Translations under genes and position numbers: made by a program | Part shown: positions 25,440 to 43,750 of the stretch, piece by piece | Layout of the letters: every line of letters begins with the position of its first letter | How positions within the stretch are numbered: the stretch's first letter is position 1 | Assembly (NCBI GenBank): GCA_964304625.1 | Contig: OZ199840.1 | Location: 9,063,409-9,119,991, forward strand | DNA: 56,583 nucleotides | From: Kudoa neothunni | Taxonomy: Eukaryota > Animalia > Cnidaria | Reading direction: 5' to 3' | The notes under the pieces: generated by a model | Seen by the model: only the letters and a program-made list of their open reading frames with translations | Database searches by the model: none | What the model was told of the DNA's origin: nothing

Positions 25440-26560
25440 GATCAAATCATCAGAAACTTTTTCACTATTTTCGACTAATAAACCATTCTGATTTGAGGTA
25501 GATCTTAACGAGGAAAATCCTGCTTTTATGAACAATTTTTGATTGTATTTTTAGAAACTCTCTCCCATGCAGTTTTAATTAATCCCATTGCTTCTAAAAC
25601 ATTTGAAGGAGTCAGCTCTATTCCCATTTCAACATAAGAAATGAATCGTTCTATCATCGACTATTTGTGGCATGATTTAAAGGAAGGGATGACTCCCTGA
25701 TCTAGCGACTGCAAAACGCTAGTGGTGTTTTTGGGGAAGATATTAATTTACGTTGGAAAAGTTTTTTGGAAAATGGAGGTCGCGTTGTCTAAAAATATCT
25801 AAAAATAGTAAATTTTTAGTCTTGTTTAATAAAGTCACCATTAATTTTCGAAATATATCTCAAGAAAATATCCTCGGTCATTGAAGTCATTTCGTTTGGT
25901 TCCAATAAAAGCGGTAACCTCTTAATATTCTTGGAACAGTGTGATTTTCTATTCGGTCCGATTAGATTACACATGGATCTAATTTTTCTCCGCTTAACGA
26001 AGAAGTTCCTTATAAAACAGTCAAACGTTTTTTTTGATTTTTTAGTCCCTCTAATATTGTTCTCGGATGAATGAACATAACTGTTACTTTAAATAAATTG
26101 AGAGGTATTTATCCCGCTGTTGTTGATATAGCAAACCCCTCTCATCATTGTTGTAAATGCAATCCTCTGAATATCCATCATAAGGCGCTCCAATTTTACA
26201 CATCCATCCTGCTGTAGTTTTAGGATCAACGTCGCCAGATTCACCGTGAATATTAACCTTTTTAATATTATATCTTTTTTCGAAGCAAGTAAGTTATACA
26301 TGCTTTGCAGTTGATGACAAATTTTTTACGATCAACCAACTCATTTCTTTTATATATAGTTATCTATGATAATCTATAATATTCGCGGCGCTTAATTCGA
26401 TCATTTTGCTTCTCTTGATCGATATCATTATTCACATATTTTCTGTTTTAGAATGTAAACCTTCTATATATATTTTCAGAATTTTTCTCTCATTTTTAAA
26501 ATTCCTTTAAGAGTCGTAATTTTTGATAATCTAAAATGTTTGGTAGTAGTGATTTTCGCA
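25440..26560 (-). mobile_element. Decayed Tigger/pogo (TIGD-like) transposase
   Basis: A frame not in the ORF track reads FEKRYNIKKVNIHGESGDVDPKTTAGW...YSEDCIYNNDERGLLY, followed by RGTKKSKKRLTVL. This matches pogo motifs F..R.NI....GES, IYNADETGL and K.SK.R.TVL. Confidence 0.8.
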
Positions 26561-26880
26561 TCTTTCAGCAGTAAATTGTCATAATTTTTAATTCAATTAA
26601 TTTATATTTTTCTTTTAAAATTATAATTAGCGGCGCTTTTCTGACCATTAAAATAAAAAAAACAAAATTATAAATTAACTCAACTCCAAAAAAGTACCTG
26701 AACGAGTCGATCACGTGACATTTGTGTAAGTTATTTCGCAACTTTACAACTTTATTTTTCGATAAAAACTGATAAAATTGTTTATAACAAATTATTATTG
26801 ATCAATATTTCATCTCTTAGTCAAAATAAGTAGTTTTCAAAAAGTGTGTGAAAGAGATTACCCACATACATACATACTTG

Positions 26881-26942
26881 GAATACAATAGAATACAATA
26901 CGATACAATGCAGTACTGTACTGTACTGTACTGTACTGTACT
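26881..26942. repeat. Pentanucleotide microsatellite grading from AATAC to CTGTA
   Basis: gaatacaatagaatacaatacgatacaatgcagtactgtactgtactgtactgtactgtact. Confidence 0.8.
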
Positions 26943-27555
26943 ATAGTATGTAGTCTGCAGTCACATAATGGCAAAAAATAATTCAAAATAAGAAATTATC
27001 GCCGATTAAAAAATTAAAGGAAATATAACTTTATTTTATGTATTTTATATAGGAGAATGTATAATGTAAATATTTTTATACATGGTACATTGTTGTGTTT
27101 ATAATTGGAACAACTACATTAGAATATTGTCAACCGCAATTTTGAGTCGTTGTATTTTTTAATAATTCAATCTTAAAGATAAAAAATATTAAATGAGCAT
27201 AACAAAAATTAATAAAATTTAATAATAATAATTTTTGGAAGTTAATAGATACGTAAGAGGAATTTTAACGAAATCATCATGTTAAATTAAATACTAAAGA
27301 ACATTAAATTTTTAAATTCTTTAATGGGGTTTTAAGAGTTGGTATCAATTTTTGAGAGAAATGAAAAATGACGGGATTAAATATTACATGAGCTGACATT
27401 GTTTATTGTGTAGACGAAATTAAATGGATTTTTCTCAATAAAGGTCAATATACATTAAATATGTCACAATTAATATTAAATGAAAAATCCGCATAATTTT
27501 TGACAGTGCGCGCGCAACCATAGTTTTGATCCCCTAAATTTTGGCCCCAATTTGA

Positions 27556-30500
27556 ATGGAGAATTCAAATTCAAATCCAACTTTAAAGATTGGTACCAGA
27601 AGAAGTGAAGTAACAATTGAACACATTCAAAACTATCACCAATATCGCTAATGTTTTTTTTCTACGTCATATAGCTGGCATTAAAACAAACATCCATCGT
27701 GGTGTCTGCGTTACGTGAAAAATTCCCAGAATATCATTATGAAATAGGTGAATTAGTTAATCTTTCACGCCGATTTAAATCCATTTAATCGCATAGTTCC
27801 ATTGTCCACAAGAGGAGATGAAATTTTGGATAGTGCACTTCCACTGGTCAACTTTGGAATTGCCACAAAAATTAAATGAATTTAGATGGGAGGCAAAAAC
27901 CTGTTCACCCTCGAATTGGAAAGAGAGCTTTTGGCCGGAAAGTATTATCTCATTAATGTTACCATGGGTGTTAATTATTATTACCAATTATATTATTTCC
28001 CGAACATATTGTAGAATCGATATGATAGTGCATTCGTTAAAGGACGTGGCTACTGAAATTCAAAAAAACACATGCATTGGAGCTGTGATGAAGTAGTTTA
28101 GTTGTTGAGATTATTATTTATTAAAAAACACCAAATTGTTTTCTGGATATGAAGGAGAGACAGTAGACACGATGTGGTTGTGATGAGTGAACGTCATTCA
28201 TACAAATCACTCGGTGAGTTACCGGCTGGGAGGTGATTATTTGTTTTTGGAATGATTGGAAGTAGGAGAGGTTCATTGGCGCGTAAAAATTAACCGTTGA
28301 CTTGCGCAATTTAAATATCGGTAATCTTCGTCTGTAGAATAATAATAAAATAAAAAAAATCTGTTATAATGATCTGTTTCAACATATATATTACCCTTGC
28401 ACATGTTTGATAGCAATTGAAATTGATTTAACTTATTATTGCGCACATGGTTGAACTTCTACTTGTCAATAAGCGTTTTTGAAATTTTCGCTTAAAGTAA
28501 GTTATTTTTAGTCCACACTATAAATTAGTAGTTCAGATTATAATTTGGAATTTCTGAGGTTATAGGTTTCGTTGATTTTTTTAATATACATGTAATTTAA
28601 GCCTTCAAGGACATGTTTGAAGACTGACGCGTGCGCCTTGTTAGATTAATCTCAATATTTACGTTTAAGTATTAGAGTAAAATAGAAATAGGATATATGG
28701 AATCAATATTTTATAATTTTCAAAAAACCAATTCATATTATCTATGTAATTGAAGTAATATATGTATATATATATGTATATATATATATATATATATATG
28801 GATTGGTTAGATGCGACGTTTTATTGCTAACAATATAAACATAAACAAATATAAATAACTCTGATGAGAGAAAACAATTTTTAGCAATTAAAGGCAACTA
28901 TATTCTTTAAATTGTGTCGTCATAAGGCCTCTTTAGATTTTTGTTTTTCGTGTCAAATCGGAATTTGCTTTATTTATTTAGGATTTAGTAAAGATAATTG
29001 ATTTAAAATGTAGATTAATGGTCGAATATTCAAATTATAGATTATAATTAGTTCGAATATTAATCCTATATTTTTAATCCCAGATTAACGTTATATTTAT
29101 GATATTATTTTTGAATATTTCTGAATAGTGCGATTACTCTCAACCCATAGGCATTTTTATGGAGCCTTCCAGTAATATGACTTAATTTTCTAGTAGGGCT
29201 TTATTTCTCTTTACATTATTTAGACTAAATATACCAATTAAGAGTTTTGGTTCTCTCGTATTAAAAATTTATAGTATTCGTGTAATGGAATAAAGTGACC
29301 TGTTGTTTTGCGTAATTAGTTTTATGTCATTTTCGATTACATGCAATACATAAGTTAGTTTATTTTAATACTAGCTTTAGATTTGGATAAATAAATACAT
29401 ATATTTAAAAATTAATGAATAATGTGTTTTTTTATTTTGAATGGAATATAAAAATTTTCTAATACGTTCTTGCTCTAATTATATATTTTAATTATGCAAC
29501 ATTCATAGGTCTCGATTATTTATTTAACTCAAAAAATCAAATATTTACCATCTTATTTGTGGTCCGACTGTACCCCACATTGTCCAAAAAATATAAATAA
29601 TTAAGCACTTTCATTTTTCTATTATTTATTTTATTAAAGCCATATAAAAATTATTTGTGTTATTATTTTAATCCGTCTCCAAAATAATAAGAAATTATAA
29701 TCATTTTTGTTGTTCGCGCGTGCGTGCGTGCGTAAGTTCTTATATGGTAATATCTTTATTTTGTAAATTAGCGCTATTAATCTGTGTTCATCTAAAATAA
29801 AAATATTCTTGATAATTTAATTAATTGAATAAAAATTAAATTTTAGTTTATAAAGTTATGTGAATCTAAATTATTCAGGATTTAAATAAATTCGTTATAA
29901 ATTCAGTTTTTATATTCATTCCTAATTAAATCAGAAAGTCACAAATTGATATTTATTCTATGACGAATTAATCAAAATTTCAATGATTATTTTATTTATT
30001 GAGACATATTTATGAAAATTTTGGATTAAAAATTCGCATAATGAATATAAATATATTTTATATTTAATAACTTCTCGTTACTTAATAGCTCAATCTATTT
30101 ATAGTTAGAGTGAGTGGTAATCACAAAAAGGGGTATTTTCAGATTTTAATATTAATACCTGTGTATATAGCTTTGTTGGAACAAGCTCGTTGAGAAGAAT
30201 TTCTCTATTGAAATATTTGTATCCGCATTTGGAAGTCAAAAATATTGTATCTAGCTTGTGTGGGAAATTTAATAAACTTATGTAGAGGGGTAATTTGAAT
30301 ACGCGCCTTAGAAAACTCGACAACCCAAAACCACCTAATATCACGTATGATGCGATAATATTGGCAGCTGCCGGTATAGAACGTTTGAATTTGCATAATC
30401 GTATCAGTCAACGGCTGCTACCTAGTGAATGGCCATATGCTGTTTCGCAGGTGTTTGATAAATGTGTTCTGAATTTTTACCCATTTTTTAACCAAATATA

Positions 30501-31015
30501 TCTATATAACTCTAGGGAATTATTGCAGTCCAATGTCGATCTAATGATTCCAATATTATTCGTATTCTCAAATCTATCACTCACACCCAAACTCTTATGG
30601 AAGCGATTATTGAGAGAGCTATGATGAGAACTTTGGTATGTGTGTTAGTTGTTGAGTCGGTTGCACCAAATAACTATTCTCATAGAAAGGAGGTTGTAGT
30701 GTGCCTGTGGGAGTGGATTGCAGTGTGTCTATGTCAACCTGCCCCACTACCGTTAATATCTCTATGAAGGGATTCATCTACAGCCTACAATCCCAAATAC
30801 CTCCACTCACCAGCTGTCACAGTTGCACATTAACAATAGATATCAACCCTAACAACGAAACTATCAACACAATTGAAAGTATTGTGATTAATGGTGGCAC
30901 TGATATGGAAAAGGTGAGTGAGATTGGTGAAAAAATAGCCCAGCAACTGCTTGCAAACAACGCGATACAATACATTGAAAGTGCTAAAAAGAGTTTGGCA
31001 CAAATGAATTTTTAA
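27556..31015 (+). CDS. HMBS: Porphobilinogen deaminase / hydroxymethylbilane synthase (multi-exon)
   Basis: [15 protein letters not shown]; STRGDEILD; [11 protein letters not shown]; [11 protein letters not shown]; VGTSSLRR; [13 protein letters not shown]; [14 protein letters not shown]; [13 protein letters not shown]; cofactor-binding GGCSVPVG. All introns are GT-AG. Confidence 0.97.
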
Positions 31016-31108
31016 TTAATGGTTTTATGGATGTGTTGTGATGATGACGATTATACGAAATACGGATGATTGTGGTTTTTATTTTTCGCTTCCCCTGCAC
31101 ATTTCGTT

Positions 31109-36467
<5,359 letters not shown>

Positions 36468-36795
36468 TTGCTTGAATTTATAAAAATTTTAAATTTTTTA
36501 TCTTTTAATCCAGTATTTATGCGACATTAGAAGAAAAACAATAAATCGTAATTGGTTTTTTAAATTCAGGAACACTCGGCGACTTTGTTGTTATCTACAA
36601 TGTATATTCTCATTGTGGCTGGCGTTATTTTACCAAACAAAATGCTAATATTAAATTATAACCAAATGTAGCCACATCTATTTCATAGGATTCATAATTG
36701 CTTGCAAATAAATAAGTTCTTTGATTAATCCTAATTAATAATATTTCCAATAATTATGTATTATAAAAATTCAAAGTTTAAATTCTGATGTAAAA
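36468..36795. promoter_or_regulatory. Probable bidirectional promoter between aPKC and ZnT7
   Basis: Predicted start codons are head-to-head, about 330 bp apart. Confidence 0.5.
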
Positions 36796-39700
36796 ATGTT
36801 GCCAACAACCAACTGTAAGCATGCACACACACAACTAGACGTCGGTATATCTTCGTGTCGGCAATAGTAGATTGTATCAGTTGGTGAGGAAAGTTGACTC
36901 CAGTTATCACATTAATCATTGTGATAATGTTGAGGATTCCTCGTATCAATATTAGAACCCATTTGAAGAGGTAACCGATCAGCTCCTAGAATGTTTTTTA
37001 ATTTCTATTCTGCCATCCAATATCATTTGATCTGGGACCGGATTTAATCTCCTACTCCTATGTTAGGTGGAATTATTGTGATGATGAGACAATTAATATT
37101 GTGGGATTTTTGGTGATAAACTTTTCGTTTTCATTGATTGAATTTTTTTACGGAAAAAACGTCAACAGGTATATACAAAATTGCCGACTGTTTACATCAA
37201 ATTCCCTCCCAATAGTGTCGGATTGATATCAGATTCGTTCCACATGTTTTTCGATTGTACAGCCTTGATTGTTGGACTTTTGGCGTCCATCCTGAAAAAT
37301 ATACCCCCCAATTCCACATACACTTATGGGTAATTTATGGGGTGTGATCATTGCTGAATGTCATCATTTCTGCTGTTAAGTTACGGTCGAGTTGATGCTC
37401 TCTGTGGAATTGTCAATGGAGTTATTCTTGTGTTCACCTCTCTATATCTGATCAAAGAATCAGTAGATGTACTTAAGTTTGTGTTAGATACATTAAAAAT
37501 GTGTGCCATTTTCGGCTCGCCAAATATCACATTATAATCTCTAGATTGATAAGTTAATTCTCATATTAATCTAGAGATTATAAATATTCTTGCTTTAAAT
37601 TTTTTTATTATTTTATTATAATTTTTAAGTATTTTTAATATTCAATTTTGATAATTTAATTAATTTAAGATTATTTTATTTTCGCCGAAACAGTTTATAC
37701 TTACTTGGGATTAAAATTCGGATCCAAAAACAATATTTTTTTAGATAATTGTGCTAATAATGAATTAAATTCTAAATATTATGGTCAGATAAATCTAGTT
37801 TAACATCTATTTTGATTTTTGCATTATAAAAATAATTTTTAAAGTCATAATTATGTAAGTTATGTGATGTGGAGCGAAAGTACGCAATGATTCTTGTAAA
37901 AATTAGACCTGTGCTTGTACTTTTCATTGTAATTGATCATTTCTGATCTATTACAGTGTTTGATGATGGGTTCGATATAGTTAAGTATAAAAAATAAGTT
38001 GTATGTATAAATTATAAATTTATATAAAAAATTTTATGTATTTAAAAAAAATACGTGCGTGCAATATTTTGAGATTAATTTATTTGAGATTAATTTATTT
38101 GAGATTAATTTATTTGAGATTAATTTATTTGAGGTTAATTTATTCGAGATTAATTTATTTGAGGTTAATTTATTCGAGATTAATTTTATTTGAGGTTAAT
38201 TTATTCGAGATTAATTTATATTTGAGATTAATTTATTTGAGGTTAATTTATTCGAGATTAATTTATTTGAGGTTAATTTATTCGAGATTAATTTATTTGA
38301 GGTTAATTTATTCGAGATTAATTTATTTGAGATTAATTTATTTGAGGTTAATTTATTCGAGATTAATTTATTTGAGATTAATTTATTTGAGGTTAATTTA
38401 TTCGAGATTAATTTATTTGAGGTTAATTTATTCGAGATTAATTTATTTGAGGTTAATTTATTCGAGATTAATTTATTTGAGATTAATTTATTTGAGGTTA
38501 ATTTATTCGAGATTAATTTATTCGAGCTTACAGTTAACCCTCGTGGGACAAACTGAGGTCGTTTGTGACCTCTATTTTGATAGATCGACTTTTTCGGGTA
38601 TAATTCTGTAATCCTTAATTGAAGTCTGTGATTGATAATTATAAAGTTATGAAGAAAAAAATGCATTTATTGATATAAATATTTTACTTTTAACAAGCGA
38701 TGTGACCGCAATTTCTTTTAAATGTGTTTATTACGAATTTATATCAAAATTATAAATATTATTAATAAAGATAGCTATTGGCATTAATTTTTATTAAAAG
38801 TGTTAGAGCGTTATTAGAAACTAAATATATATATATATATATATTTTGATTTCATACCAATGGATTCCTTCCAGCTATGGGAATTATCCAGAGATTATCC
38901 TTTAGAAGAGTCTTCAACAAATAATATAACAGAAGAAGTAATACAAAATCCGTCATCCGCTTTAAAATATATTTATATGTTATTAAAAATTTGTTTTATA
39001 ATCTCCGCATCCGAATAATTTCAAGTTAACTGGGGATAATGTCACTTTTCATTACAATAGTGCATGCGCCAGGATTATAAGATTAATTTTATTGCCGGTA
39101 GTTTTGTATGTTATAAAGCGAATAATTGACAAAAATTTGGCAAACCAAATGATTATATTTTTTTCAAACACTCCACATAGATATTAAATTGGTTTTTGTC
39201 AAATTCAAAATAATATTTAATTACGTTGGGCCTAATTATAGTTTTTACCTCTTTCATATCCATAATAAAACAAAGTTTGTATTAATTGTTAATAGCGGAA
39301 TTTTCATACTAATAGGTATAAGTTTATTCATACTGCTGTGAACAGGAGTTAAACTCACTAAATAATTTTCTACAATCACTCACATTAAGTTAGTTAATGT
39401 ATGCAATAATATATCGGTCATCTTTTTGTTGTTGTTAATTTCATATATTTTGGTTTCATTATCTATTTCGATGTATACATGTACGAACGTACGCGTGCGT
39501 GGGGGTCAGTTGATATATCGCCGTTCATTATTATATTCGCCATATTAAGATGCAACATTTTGTTTTGAGTCGGTTGAATTATTGCTTATAACCCATATGA
39601 GGATCATAAATGTTTTTATACTGACTTCAGGTAGTTTTACCAATTTTAGTGGGTGGTTACGTGGTAGATGGTGCAAAATAAAGAGCTATCGCAAAATATT

Positions 39701-42118
39701 GCGTCCATATTTTTGATAACTCCAGCATAGATAGACTTAAAATAAACAATAATATTGAACTTTTTTGTCATTGTTATTAAGTGATTATCACAGTTTCGAA
39801 TCTCTAAACAAATTTTATGCTGTAAGGAGAAAAAAACGTAAAAATGTGCTCATTATTACATTCTCAGTCGTGTTGTATCTTGTCAGGACTCATCGTTAGC
39901 TTGTTTTCCCTAATAGTGAAATCGCTTTCCAACATATTTTTTGCCACTAATAAATACGAATAAGAAGGTGAAAAGTTGTTATTTGTAACCAATAACTTAT
40001 TTTTGAAATCCTATAAAGTATTAAATTTTTTTGAATTAAAACATTTGTTTTAAGCGCTAGAATCAGTCGTATACACTGTTTTTATGGTAAAATAAATTAT
40101 AAAAAAGTAATATGATTGATTTATACTTAGTTATTCGCTTAATAACATACCAAATTAATATTATAATCCTCGCACATGCACCATTGTTGTGGAAAGAGGC
40201 CCCATTTAATAAACTAAGATCAAATCATACTCTACAGTTGTATACACGTATTATTTTGAATTATCGGAAATTTTAATCATAGAATACTTGGGTTCTTATG
40301 CTCAAAGTTCACATTAAAACTATTAGATATTTTATTATTATCGTTCACCCCTTGAAAATGTTCTAAGATAATGGTATCTGTCTATTTTAGGCATTATATC
40401 CATTAATATACATTTAATTAATATACACTTAATTAATATACAATAAACGTTGGTAATGTGTTTATGGGACGATGTAAGCGAGTAATAGGAACTCAGAAGC
40501 GGTAGAAATCCCATCACCCAATTTTTATTAAATACACATAATATGTGTAACAACCAGACGGAGTGAACGATTTTAATTGTTTAAATAATTGAAAAATTAT
40601 CGGTATCAAAATAACCCCAGTTGGTTCGGTTCCTCGCGTAGGTTTTTTTAAGTCGGTCCTTAGGGGGTTAAAACTCCTAGTGTTAGCTTATATAAATTAC
40701 TGTAATTTCATAGTATTTATTGTGATAAAAAATATAATACAATTGTTAACATAGAAACTTAAAGCTAAAGTTTTTACATTGTTTATAAATTAAGAATTGG
40801 AATAAATTAATTTACAGAAATTAAATCGTGATTATTTGATTTCTATGGATTAATTTAGAGTAGAGACCATTTTTATGGTAAATTTTCATCCTTAACGACA
40901 TATACATTTGCACCATGATAATTTTTAATCCATCAACTCTTGCTCACAAATTGTGTATAGATTTAATATTTTATAACCTACTATATTTAATTATTTTTGA
41001 CAAGCCGTCACTTTTAATTGACAGAAATAATTAAATATAATCAAAACTACGCTAATAGAAAATTTTTTAATTTACACTAATCAATTTATTTATATTTATA
41101 TAAACAGATTAATTTAAAAGGATTTAATAGAGATTAACCAGTCCACCAATTATTGAACAAAACTATTTGGTGATAATATCTGTGTTGGGTTTTGTGGTTA
41201 ACGCGATTGGGATTTTAATATTTCATCACGGAGGACAAAAATCCCCCAGTCACTGCTGTTCGAACAGTCCTATCACGAGTCAGGGGAAAATTTCGTCATC
41301 CAATTTGAGTGTTAGCTCTTCATGTGTTGTAACTAATGGAGAAACTCACATCACCATTCCAATTAATGACCAACCAAAATCCGCTAAAAATGACAGCCAC
41401 CATCATCATTATCATCATCAAAGCAATATCAGTCATGGTTTTTTAATTTTTAAAAATTTATTATTATATCAAAATTTGTCCAGGTATTCTACTTCACATT
41501 ATCGCCGATACACTAGGAAGTGTGGGTGTTATTGTTTCCTCGTATTTAGTGTCAAGTTATGGTAGATTTATTGATGCGCGCGTTTCGTTTATTCGGTGGC
41601 ACAAATTTAGGTCTCATGTGGGCTGATCCTTTGTGTTGTGGTTTTATCTCGTTGATTATTGTTGCAAGCAGTTACGACCTATTAAAAAGTTGCACTCGTA
41701 TATTGATGCAAGGGATATCGAACGATTTGGTGAAATCGTCCGATAATGCGCTTAAGCTGGTAATATGCGCGCGACCATTTTTATAGTTTTTTAACGGTTA
41801 TTTTTTCCATTAAAAATAGATCTCACAATTAGATCCAAATATTAGAATTTTAAAGTCAAATTTTTGGTCTCTTTCAAAGTATCTCATTTTGTATTGGACG
41901 GTGAATGTATTTATGTAGAAATAAACATTTTGCCACACTTCATATCCACACAACAACTATTTCTGATTATAGCTCATTGTTTACGAATGTACATAAAATA
42001 TTGAACGATGTAATCACACTTTGTAATCACACTTTGTATTATTAATTCGTTTTTGGATTAGGCTGGATTTTCTGAGACAACGATTCAAATTACTCCGATA
42101 GAACCGTCGTCTTTCTAA
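36796..42118 (+). CDS. SLC30A7: Cation diffusion facilitator zinc transporter, ZnT7-like (multi-exon)
   Basis: Starts MLP; INFSFSLIEFFYG; GLISDSFHMFFDCTAL; YTYGYGRVDALCGIVNG; RLTSPP; His-rich loop; GILLHIIADTLGSVGVIVS; ADPLC; ILMQ; FWSL. The short N-terminus favours ZnT7 over ZnT5. Confidence 0.88.
38071..38527. repeat. 15-bp minisatellite, about 30 copies, intronic
   Basis: Alternating units GAGATTAATTTATTT and GAGGTTAATTTATTC; two units carry 1-nt insertions. Confidence 0.97.
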
Positions 42119-43750
42119 ACTTTTTAAGTAGAATGAAAGCATTTTTGTATTCTATTCTTGTTTAACTTTATAGTTAATTTTTTATTGCGCATTCTAACGA
42201 TAAATTTTGATAATTAAAATCAATTTGCGTACGCATACTGCTAATCTAAAAACTCATTTTCTACCCCTTTTGCCTTTTTTTGAACGATAGAAATATATTC
42301 TAATCAATTTATTCTAGTTCAACAAAATAACTCGGGTCATACTTCCTTATTTTATTTAATTACATAACAATTTTATTGTTTTCTATGTGATAAAATAATT
42401 ATCAATAACCTAAGAAAAATTATAGACCGAATATACTTAGCATGTATCAATTACAGATTGTGTCTCTGTGTATTTTTTTTCTTAATTATTTTGTGTATCC
42501 CATTAAATTTATGTTTCAATCGAATTTTTTCATTTAAATACGAACGAATAATAATCATTAACAAATTTATTTGTCGACATTTTTCAAAGTTATAAACTAA
42601 ATATTAACAATAATTTCAAAAAAAAAACTATTGTAACCCCTAATAGAACTGATATACAATTAAATGCTGCTAAAATTTCCCAACTTCGTTCCATTCTATG
42701 CCCATTTTGACCAATCATATTATAATTTATAATTAGATTAAATATGTTGAATAATCAAATCTATCATAAATGATAATTAACTGTGGAGTTAAATATTTAT
42801 ATTTCATATTTTGATTCGATTTTTTGGGAAATAGATGACAATTTAAACAAACAACCTTGAAATTCTTCACACATATCATAAATATTAAAAATAAATAAAT
42901 AAATACACCATTTTATACTTATACTTACTTATACTTATAATGAATAATTATATAATCATTGTAAACTCAGATGTCATCTATAAGTGAAATAAATCTAATC
43001 CAAATATCAATTAACCTCATTTGAAGTATAGTGCGCATGCGTAAGTCGCAAATTAAATTTTAATTCGTATAAATTTACTAGTATTCGAATTATAACATTT
43101 GATCAGTTTATTTTATCAATGAAAACGTAATTATATCTCTTTAAATATACCACTGACAACCTCAAACAGTAAAACCAACAAGCAATCCTCAATTCCTATT
43201 CTAAATTAATGTGTGAATATTAAAATAAAATTTTTCATTTTATTTAATATATTACTAAAATAATCATCAATATTAAATAATAACATAGTCTGATTTTTCA
43301 ATTGGTACTTATCCGAAATCGTTCGTTCCAAACAGACTCTAATCATATTATAATAAATAGGTAATAAGATCGCAAATTAAGTTATTCATTAGAAATTTTT
43401 CTTCAGTTAATTGGAACTTAATGAGATCAAACTAATTTTTTTTATATACATAAATTACCACACATATATATCATAGTGATATAGCAAAATATTTAATATT
43501 ATTATTTTTAAGACTATTATTATGATAAGTATTACATATTTGTGGTTGTTTTCGTGCTAAATTTTATCAAAAATGAATCACACGATATAGCCGAGTTTAT
43601 AAGAAAACAAATTACAAGCTGAAATAATCAAAATGCAACCCCCTTATATCATCATATGGAGAATTATTACATTAAATGATTATGCTTAAACGAAGAATAC
43701 AAAAATGGATTATTAAAATTATCGCAATCAATCGACAAACTACTACTACA

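Noticed and set aside
36990-37066. Apparent non-canonical AT-AG intron in the ZnT7 5' region
   Set aside because: A canonical model (AAG AG|gtaacc...gttag|G TGG) gives an in-frame ZnT7-like N-terminus.
38071-38527. Possible CRISPR-like array
   Set aside because: There are no unique spacers, the context is eukaryotic and there are no cas genes.
38036-38666. ORFs of RLIYL and SNKLI repeats on both strands
   Set aside because: Translations of the 15-bp intronic minisatellite, with no coding signal.
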